Under the pieces are notes generated by a model. It saw only the letters and a list, made by a program, of their open reading frames with translations. It was not told where the DNA came from and made no database searches. Positions 50,284 to 57,904 of a DNA stretch of 64,000 bases are shown here, piece after piece (within the stretch, counting starts at the first letter, position 1; each line of letters starts with the position of its first letter). Source of the DNA: a virus (lineage: Duplodnaviria > Caudoviricetes); the IMG/VR virus record IMGVR_UViG_3300035498_000530, positions 32,001 to 96,000 of that record; one strand, 5' to 3'. A program made the position numbers and the translations under genes.

Positions 50284-50312
50284 ACTTATATGTTATTAGT
50301 TTATAATATTTT

Positions 50313-50591
50313 ACAAAGTGTATCCCGTATGGGGTCATAACTTCCATACGGGATAGGAGAAATTGTATGCATGAACCATGCCATACCTGATACGCATTAA
50401 CCAATGGAATGGAAAATGTGTTTTTGTTGTAAGGTTTAATTTTATCGCAATCTCAGGAACAGAGTAGAATATGATATAGTATTGTGTATTTTTATATTGA
50501 TTTGAGGATTGTTATAAAACATGTATAAAAAGTAACAATAAAATTTTGTAAAATCTTTATACTATATCAATCTTCTGTTATATTAAACCTC
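50313..50591 (-). ncRNA. Candidate late sRNA B (~280 nt)
   Basis: AACA-TATATT-TG at 50602-50591; terminator TATCCCGTATGG/CCATACGGGATA 50321-50355; internal inverted repeats (AGGTTTAAT/ATTAAACCT; TGATATAGTAT/ATACTATATCA). Confidence 0.55.
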
Positions 50592-50620
50592 AAATATATG
50601 TTATTAGTGTATAATTTTTT

Positions 50621-50838
50621 ACAAAAGAAATCCCGTATGGCTCACAGGTACCATACGGGATATATCTAAGGAAAATAAGCAGCAAAATGGCAAGTCAAGT
50701 CGCTTTCCAAAGGGTGCACCTTTATATATTTACAAGGAATTTTTATTGAATAGAAATGTATTAGATTTGTAAAATTAAGTAAATGCTACAATACTACATC
50801 CTTACCGGAAGCAAGTCGGCTATTTTATACTTATCTTC
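50621..50838 (-). ncRNA. Candidate late sRNA A (~218 nt)
   Basis: AACA-TTTATT-TG at 50849-50838; terminator ATCCCGTATGG/CCATACGGGAT 50630-50661 with a TTCTTTTGT tail on minus. Confidence 0.55.
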
Positions 50839-50863
50839 AAATAAATGTTATTCTTGTAATAAA

Positions 50864-53800
50864 TTATTGTAACTTCTTTTCATGAAGCATTGGTTCGTAT
50901 TTAATACCCATTATATCTTTTACAGACCTTGCCAATTCTACAAGAACTTTATTTATACCACCAGATACTTCAATAGAACATACCATTCTACTACTTACTG
51001 AAAGTGTAGATAAGAATAAGTCTATTGGTTCTTCTGGTCTGAATGAACTATATGGTTCTTTTCCTTCTGGGAATATATCTTTACAAACAGCTTTAAGAGC
51101 TGACTGAGTAACAAGCTTATCACCTACAGAGAAGTCATCTTGGTACTTAATGTAAAATTCAATCTTAACACCATCTGAAGTATCCTTTAATTTACCAGTT
51201 GGAGCAAGTTTTTCATCTGAACCAAAGTTTGGAGTTACAGCATAATCATTAACAGATCCTTTAGCTGCTTTCTTTAATTTCTTAACTCCAGATTCATAAG
51301 AATTACATATCTTCTTCAATGAAGGAGATAATTCTTCTGTATCTACAGTTCTATATACTTTAATATCTTGTACAATACCGGTATTCTTAGACTTTATAGG
51401 AATTCTACCGATATCTGATACTATTTCTTCATCATCAGAAAGTTGTTTAAGAAGAGCATTCATATCATCTTCATCAAATGTATTCTGGAATAATATGAGT
51501 GTTTCGCCTTCCTGAATATTCTGTCCTTTCTTTACCATAGATAATACATTTGTCGTCTTAGGTAAAGTTACTTCTTTCTTTACTACTACATCTGAAGACA
51601 ATGCTTTAGATAACCATGGTGATACAATACCAGAGTCTTCATAACCTTCATCTGTAGTTATAATAGCTACTTTAGCAAGAGTACCTATCTTATATCCTAT
51701 ACTATTAGGATTTCCTATTTCATTGGAATATGATGATTTATCATATGCTAATATCTGATTTGGTTTTACTTTAGATCCTTTCTTTAAGTCAGAATCTAAC
51801 TTAAGAGTTACATAGAAACCACCATCAGAGTTCTTTTCAACTCTTTCTCTAAGATCTATAAACTCTGTTGTATTATTATTATATTTCACTTTAAGATATT
51901 CTGGAGTTGCTTCTATTACTTCTCCAGCACCTTTAGCCTTATGAGCAAATATATCTGTAGTCAAATATGGTAATGCTTCGTCTGCACCATTGGTAATCAA
52001 TGCAGGAGAAGATTTTCTAACTCTCATACCATGTTTTGCTGTCTGTACAAATGTCATAGCAGATCTAAATGGATCATCATGCGTAGTACCAAATGGAGTA
52101 AGTGCTTCTGTCATACACATAGATTTAACACTACCCATATCTTCTTTAGATCCAGATTTTAAATATCCTCTACTATTACCAACACCCATATCTATAGTAG
52201 CCTGTCTAGTAATACCTACATTGCCAGCAAAACCAGTAGACATAGCTAATACATTTGTCATTGAATCGTCAAACGTACGTTTATCAAGACCATAGCTTCT
52301 TTCTGAGTTCATACCAGATAATCCCTTAAAGGTTACTGCATTAGAAGTCTCTATTTCAAGAAGTGGTGTAAGAATAGATGCATCTGCCATCGTAGGATCA
52401 AGCATTACAAGATCTATTACAGCAGACTGTTTCATAGTCATAGGAGCTTTTTTAGTTCTCTTTAATTGATTTCTATAAGCACCATATGATTGTGCTAAAG
52501 CTTTATATACATAACCAGCAACAATTTCATTCTTTCTAAATCTATTACCAGATATATCTACATGCTTATTATATTTATTATCAGTAAGTAATCCATTAGC
52601 ATAAGCCAATGCTGTTACATAATCTGACGGTAAATCAAAGTCTTTACATACAGATACCGTTATAGGATCCATCATCAAATCATAGAAGTTATCAAGACCA
52701 TCTGCTTTAATTCTTCCACCAAAGTTATCTAACTGTTCTACCCATGTAGATTTCTTATTAAGATCTGCTATACTCATTTCATTAGTATCACATATTCTAA
52801 GACCATTCATAAGAAGATCTGCACTTGCTGTTGATTCATAATATAATAAACCATCTTTAAATTTGATTTTATCATACATACTAGTTTCAAAGTCAGGATT
52901 CTTCTTTTCAAAAAGTCTATAATTTATATTAGCTTTATTAAGAGCTGATACCAATCCTTCAGCATGAGCCATAACTACTATAGTTGGTATCTTTGAATCA
53001 AGAATACTACAAACTGAATAAGCACAGTTGCTTGGTGCTGAAGTATCATCATAATCTCTTTGGAATTCTTCGCTAGATTGACATAATAAGTTAACTAAAT
53101 ATGTTGAGAATCTATCTCCAGATTCTTGACCAAAATATAATAACTTACTATTCTCTTTAGTGTAAACAACTGGAATACCATATTTTAAATCATACTTATA
53201 ATTCTTTCTGATCTCATCTTGGTTAAGATATATAATAAAATCTTTAGTTTCAATTTTACTAAATGCTCTTCCTATATCTACATAATCCATTGGAAGATCG
53301 TATTTAATAGATATCTTTTCTGTATTACCTTCGGTAGCATCAATATCTTTATATCTATTCTTTGTAAGAAGCTTAATTACTTTATTAGCAGCTACATTAG
53401 ATTTACCAACAGAATTATTTTGTATCTGCAAGAAAATCTTATTATAGTTTGATACAATTTGGCATACATCTGGGTCTGTTTTTATTATTGGTAATAATAA
53501 TAATTGACCCTGGATTGATTTTAGGTTGCCTCTGAGCCTCATAAACTGATTGTCTACGAACAGTGGAACGTCAAATTTGAGCTTGAAGCGCTGTCCAAGT
53601 GCATCTTCACAGTCAAGTGTCCAAGTCTCTATTAAATCCTCAGATGTGGATGTATTTTGTACATCCATAGATCTAACCACTACAGGTATAGTTTTATCTT
53701 TAAAGCTATTTATAATCTTTACAATATCTTCATTTATATCATAAGTCTCATTAAATTTAGCATAACTAAGATGTTTCCATTCTTCATTAATACTATCCAC

Positions 53801-55363
53801 AGGAACAGAAGTTTCTTTAATCTCTTTAGGTTTATCTTCTTCAAGATAATCTTTTACTGTTTTATTATGGACTTTAATATTATCAAAAGATTTACCTACT
53901 TCAGATAATCTCTTACTTCGAGCAGCATTTATCTTAATAGTATTTTCTTCATCTTCTGATACTGTATCCATAATTTTAGATATATATTCATTATTAGATA
54001 ATTTATCTACAGCATCTTCTACAGAATTACTAGAATTAGCCACAGCTTTAATATTATCCAATAATTCTTCCTTAAGTTCATCAGATATTTCTTTCTTAGC
54101 TTTAGTTTCATTCTTATTAATATTTGTAGTTTTTTCTGGTCTTGCTTTCTTTACACTTGTTTGCTTTTTATTATCTGGAGACATAGAAAGTACTGATATT
54201 TCTTTTGGCTTAATTGTTCCAGATTTACCAGTAAGTCCTTTATACTTAATTGGTCTTTCATTATTTTCAAGACTATCAGTAATAGTTGCAATAATAACTT
54301 TTGGAGAATCTGTATCTGGGTCTCCTAAATCATCTGTATTTGCATCTTTTGCTATTACTCTTTTTATAAGATTAATGAACTTTATAGATTTAGTTTTATC
54401 AAAGTCTTTAAAATCCATCTTAAAGTAATTATTTTCTCCTACGAAGATTATATTAAATCCTTTAAGGGTTTCTTGGACATGTTCTGGATATCTATAAGCC
54501 ATTCTTATTATAACTGATACTGGATTAATAGTTTTCTTATAATCCCACATATTACCATTCTTAATATTCCAATCCAATATAGGAATAAATATAGTTTTAT
54601 GTGTATATCCATATTGATCATATCTGCCATCATTAAGAAGTCTTATCATAAAATCATAATAAAGCTGTACAGCTTTGTCAGCTTTCCAGAAATTATTCTT
54701 AAAGAATGCTTCAGTATAATATGATAAATCAGCAAATAAGTTAAGTCCTTTATATAATTTAAGATTACTAAAAGTCTTCATTATAAATGGACATTCAGCT
54801 TTAACCTCTTTGTATATATCAAATACATTCTTATTAGTTTTAAGTCTTTCATTATATAATAACTTTCTTAATTGTGTATCATTCTTACCGTCTTCGGTTA
54901 AATATGCATCTCTAAATATAGTAATAGCATTTCTTCCTCTGAGATATTCATCTGTCATTTCACAATCTTTAGATATAAATGTAGGTCTATAATCTATATC
55001 TTCATTTACAGATTCTACATTATTTATTATATCTGAATTATATAATAAATCTTCAACAGATTCTTCTAATTCTACCGATTCAGAATCTGGATATAATATA
55101 TTATATCTATTATCTACTGGAGCAGATTCCTGTAGATAATTCTTACTGTTTATATAATAAGTAACATCTTTATCAAGATAGTAAGCCTGATAAGATTTTG
55201 CTCTATTTATAAACATTGGATTTTTCATAAGATTAATACTAGATTTAAAATTTGGAGTCAATAAGTAAATCATAGCACCATGTTTCTTATCATTCTCGTT
55301 TATTGGTAATAAGCATTTCTTCTTAAGTAATTTATTTGGAATTACTTCATCTAAAAATAGCAT
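50864..55363 (-). CDS. rpoB: Phage multisubunit RNA polymerase beta subunit (large part) with N-terminal extension
   Basis: NVGITRQ, PFGTTHDDPFRSAM..Q..H, GYEDS, GDKL....KAV, SVSSRM; ends shortly after SRM, so the extreme beta C-terminus is absent; late motif AACT-ATAAAA-TA at 55399-55388. Confidence 0.92.
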   Translation of the reverse strand: MLFLDEVIPNKLLKKKCLLPINENDKKHGAMIYLLTPNFKSSINLMKNPMFINRAKSYQAYYLDKDVTYYINSKNYLQESAPVDNRYNILYPDSESVELEESVEDLLYNSDIINNVESVNEDIDYRPTFISKDCEMTDEYLRGRNAITIFRDAYLTEDGKNDTQLRKLLYNERLKTNKNVFDIYKEVKAECPFIMKTFSNLKLYKGLNLFADLSYYTEAFFKNNFWKADKAVQLYYDFMIRLLNDGRYDQYGYTHKTIFIPILDWNIKNGNMWDYKKTINPVSVIIRMAYRYPEHVQETLKGFNIIFVGENNYFKMDFKDFDKTKSIKFINLIKRVIAKDANTDDLGDPDTDSPKVIIATITDSLENNERPIKYKGLTGKSGTIKPKEISVLSMSPDNKKQTSVKKARPEKTTNINKNETKAKKEISDELKEELLDNIKAVANSSNSVEDAVDKLSNNEYISKIMDTVSEDEENTIKINAARSKRLSEVGKSFDNIKVHNKTVKDYLEEDKPKEIKETSVPVDSINEEWKHLSYAKFNETYDINEDIVKIINSFKDKTIPVVVRSMDVQNTSTSEDLIETWTLDCEDALGQRFKLKFDVPLFVDNQFMRLRGNLKSIQGQLLLLPIIKTDPDVCQIVSNYNKIFLQIQNNSVGKSNVAANKVIKLLTKNRYKDIDATEGNTEKISIKYDLPMDYVDIGRAFSKIETKDFIIYLNQDEIRKNYKYDLKYGIPVVYTKENSKLLYFGQESGDRFSTYLVNLLCQSSEEFQRDYDDTSAPSNCAYSVCSILDSKIPTIVVMAHAEGLVSALNKANINYRLFEKKNPDFETSMYDKIKFKDGLLYYESTASADLLMNGLRICDTNEMSIADLNKKSTWVEQLDNFGGRIKADGLDNFYDLMMDPITVSVCKDFDLPSDYVTALAYANGLLTDNKYNKHVDISGNRFRKNEIVAGYVYKALAQSYGAYRNQLKRTKKAPMTMKQSAVIDLVMLDPTMADASILTPLLEIETSNAVTFKGLSGMNSERSYGLDKRTFDDSMTNVLAMSTGFAGNVGITRQATIDMGVGNSRGYLKSGSKEDMGSVKSMCMTEALTPFGTTHDDPFRSAMTFVQTAKHGMRVRKSSPALITNGADEALPYLTTDIFAHKAKGAGEVIEATPEYLKVKYNNNTTEFIDLRERVEKNSDGGFYVTLKLDSDLKKGSKVKPNQILAYDKSSYSNEIGNPNSIGYKIGTLAKVAIITTDEGYEDSGIVSPWLSKALSSDVVVKKEVTLPKTTNVLSMVKKGQNIQEGETLILFQNTFDEDDMNALLKQLSDDEEIVSDIGRIPIKSKNTGIVQDIKVYRTVDTEELSPSLKKICNSYESGVKKLKKAAKGSVNDYAVTPNFGSDEKLAPTGKLKDTSDGVKIEFYIKYQDDFSVGDKLVTQSALKAVCKDIFPEGKEPYSSFRPEEPIDLFLSTLSVSSRMVCSIEVSGGINKVLVELARSVKDIMGIKYEPMLHEKKLQ

Positions 55364-55406
55364 ATACTTACCTCCTTTAATTTATCTTATTTTATAGTTC
55401 AATTTG

Positions 55407-55774
55407 CAAAAAAGGATGAGATAGGCATTTCTGCCTATCTCATAGAGGTGTTCATTTAGGTTAAATAATATATATCATATCATAGTCAGTGTCTGGAACA
55501 TTGTGTGCGATTGTCTATATTATTTTAATTTTTCGGAGGTTAACTTTTGTAATTGAAAGCAATTCGTGAAATTTTTAGTTATTGCACCGAAAGCGTTGTT
55601 ATATTTTGGCATTTATTGTTTGTTTTTATTTAACCTAAATGTGAAAAATGTCTATAGATTATATTTATCTCAATTATATATCTATCTTTTGTGCATTATT
55701 TATAAATACTACATAATTGTGTACGCAGGTTTTAAAAGGAAACTTTGTAGTATCTGATCCTATATAATCTATTT
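55407..55774 (-). ncRNA. Candidate late structured ncRNA D (~368 nt)
   Basis: AACA-TCTAAT-TA at 55785-55774; terminator ATGAGATAGGCA/TGCCTATCTCAT 55416-55443; perfect 16-bp long-range stem 55453-55468/55626-55641. Confidence 0.55.
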
Positions 55775-55810
55775 AATTAGATGTTAAGTTTGGAATTATC
55801 AGATTTGGTT

Positions 55811-56077
55811 TTCCCTCTCTCCCCCCTTACACCCCCCTCTCTCTCTTTCCATCTTAATTTTTATTATACTATATTATGCCTCATTGGACTTTTACTATAT
55901 TATTTTATCCTTCTCTCTTTTATACGTTTATTTCTTAAGTATTATTATTTTATTACCAATTGGTATATTACTATCTGCTCGCTCGGCGCTCGCTTTAGGG
56001 TTTTCTTTTTCTATACCTATTGGGCTCTCTACTGTTTGATTTTACCCCCCTACCCCCCATGGTAACTTTTTACCATG
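55811..56077. other. Candidate replication origin / G-tract element
   Basis: C6-TTACA-C6 (55821-55837) and C6-TA-C6 (56045-56058) flank a pyrimidine-skewed stretch with three GCTCG repeats; near the switch in gene orientation. Confidence 0.4.
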
Positions 56078-56205
56078 AGGAGTAATGAGTGATTTGCTAT
56101 CCAAAAACTGGTACCAATATAGATACTATAGCCCCTATGGAATCTATCTTTGAAATATACGGTAGGTCTCCAGTCCAACACAATAGCCAGTCCGTCGCTC
56201 TCTAT
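56058..56205 (-). ncRNA. Candidate late transcript E reading into the G-tracts
   Basis: AACT-AAAAAG-TA at 56216-56205; hairpin CATGGTAA/TTACCATG followed by G6-TA-G6 instead of a U-tract. Confidence 0.4.
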
Positions 56206-56235
56206 ACTTTTTAGTTATGTACTAAGTATTTTTTT

Positions 56236-56434
56236 ACAAAAGAGGACCAGGTAGTCCGAGTGACTACCTGGATTTTTTGGATGTTTGAGATCCACATTTT
56301 GGCTGAGTGTGTTAATTTGTGTTTCTCTTTGTTGACATGAACTAAGAAAGGAACAAACCTTGATGTGCGTAAACAAGTGAAAATTACATTCCGAGAAGGT
56401 ACTTTTAAATAGCAATCATATAATAATCCCTTGT
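56236..56434 (-). ncRNA. Candidate late sRNA F (~200 nt)
   Basis: AACA-TTATAA-TA at 56445-56434; terminator CCAGGTAGTC/GACTACCTGG 56247-56271; complement of TAAGAAAGGA at 56343-56352. Confidence 0.5.
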
Positions 56435-56456
56435 ATTATAATGTTATGTACTGTAT

Positions 56457-56967
56457 AAAATAAAACCCGAAGGATTTTTATTATCCTTCGGGCATAATAT
56501 TATTGATTGCTGAAATAATTGTTATTGTTAGCATAGAACTATGCTTGTATAAATATAATTTTACTTATTATTTTTCCGCATATTAAATTACTATAGTTAT
56601 AATCTGCTGTCTCGCACGAAATATAGGTACTATTATATAGTAGTATTTCATATAAGCGTTTTTGTTATTCACACTAAATAAAGCAATTAATATTTTTGTT
56701 TTTGTTTTTGAAAGTTACTGTTAATTGGGGACAAAAACCCTTGCTATGTCTTTGCTTTATAATAGTAGTTATGAGTAATAACATGTGAGTGTTTTTTATG
56801 TTTTTACGCATAGTTTCAGCAATAAATATTATGGATACTTGATACTTTGACTATAGATTTATGACGTTCCCCTCTTTGAAAATGATTGAACTTACTTAGT
56901 TCTTTAGTGTAATTACTTTATGAGATTGCTAAATCACAATTTTTTCGGTCAAATTATTTTTATACCT
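56457..56967 (-). ncRNA. Candidate late structured ncRNA G (~510 nt)
   Basis: AACA-ATATAG-TA at 56978-56967; terminator CCCGAAGGAT/ATCCTTCGGG 56466-56492; long-range stem 56493-56515/56814-56833. Confidence 0.55.
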
Positions 56968-57072
56968 ACTATATTGTTAAGATACATATTAAAATATAAA
57001 TATATATTATAAACCTGTAATGTAATAAATATATATTACAAAAACTATACAATAAGAAAGAGGTGATCTAAA

Positions 57073-57192
57073 TTGACTAAGAAGGACTTTTTAGACATAA
57101 TAACAACTTATGACCCGAAAGAACTAAATGATCTAATCAAAGAGAAGGGTAAAAAGCCTAAAATCATAACCCCAATTATATTCTTTGATTGA
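57073..57192 (+). CDS. 39-aa early protein, absent from the ORF track
   Basis: AAAGAGGTG RBS, TTG start; MTKKDFLDIITTYDPKELNDLIKEKGKKPKIITPIIFFD; early motif at 57001. Confidence 0.65.
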   Translation: MTKKDFLDIITTYDPKELNDLIKEKGKKPKIITPIIFFD

Positions 57193-57237
57193 TATATAGA
57201 TCAAGAGAGGGTAAATAATAGAAAGGAAAGATAACTT

Positions 57238-57516
57238 ATGAAATCAAAAATTAATAAAACAGTACTTACAGCTGAAGAATATGTAATGTTTATTACTGAA
57301 AAATCTCATACTCTTAATACCAAAGAGGATGATGAAATTCAGATAGAAAAAATTTTAAACGATGAAGGATATGATATATGGTCTTATCCTTTAGATGAAG
57401 TTGACGAGGCTATGGAAAATAATGATCATATTGCTCTTGTTAAGCTTAATCATTATAGGAATGGTAAAGTCAGCTATTCTGAACATAGATGGTACGAGGT
57501 ACCAATATTAGACTAA
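57238..57516 (+). CDS. Hypothetical early protein
   Basis: AGAAAGGA RBS. Confidence 0.6.
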   Translation: MKSKINKTVLTAEEYVMFITEKSHTLNTKEDDEIQIEKILNDEGYDIWSYPLDEVDEAMENNDHIALVKLNHYRNGKVSYSEHRWYEVPILD

Positions 57517-57539
57517 TATTTACTTAAAGGAGAAAACAC

Positions 57540-57836
57540 ATGAAAAGAAATATAGATTATAATAGAATAAAAAAGAGTCATGTCATTTTTAATGACATCA
57601 AAGGAAACGAATATGAAGGAGAATTTACTTCAGAAAGAGTAGAAAGAACAACAGTTCCAGAAGGATTATATACCTATGAATGTAGGCATAATGATGATGG
57701 ATATGTTGATGTTCCTGCAACTATTGAAGACAAAGTCTTTGTAAACTTCTGTGGAACTTTCTTTACAGATAAGAAAGTGTATTTCCCAGATAAGATGGAC
57801 CATTGTATTGTAATAGACAAAATAAACTACAAGTAA
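57540..57836 (+). CDS. LPD28 (large polyvalent protein-associated domain 28) protein
   Basis: FT..RV.R.TVPEGLY.YE.RH.DD...PATIE..V.VNF.GT signature. Confidence 0.75.
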   Translation: MKRNIDYNRIKKSHVIFNDIKGNEYEGEFTSERVERTTVPEGLYTYECRHNDDGYVDVPATIEDKVFVNFCGTFFTDKKVYFPDKMDHCIVIDKINYK

Positions 57837-57904
57837 GAAAACTATCCCCTAAGGAATTTACTATGTTCCTTAGGGAGTTTTATATATCATAGGAGGAATT
57901 AATT

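Noticed and set aside
50190-50760. Plus-strand micro-ORFs after RBS-like sequences
   Set aside because: Only about 7-26 codons, overlapping, no plus-strand promoter motif seen, and the terminator U-tracts favour the minus strand; kept only as the alternative to the sRNA model.
55566-56415. Track ORFs 55566-55757(+), 55781-56065(+) and 56215-56415(-) as proteins
   Set aside because: No proper SD, biased low-complexity composition, and they run across promoter, terminator or G-tract elements.
55400-57000. tRNA or tmRNA genes in the large non-coding gap
   Set aside because: No cloverleaf, TTCGA T-loop with acceptor stem, or tag-peptide frame found by eye; tRNAscan/ARAGORN not run.
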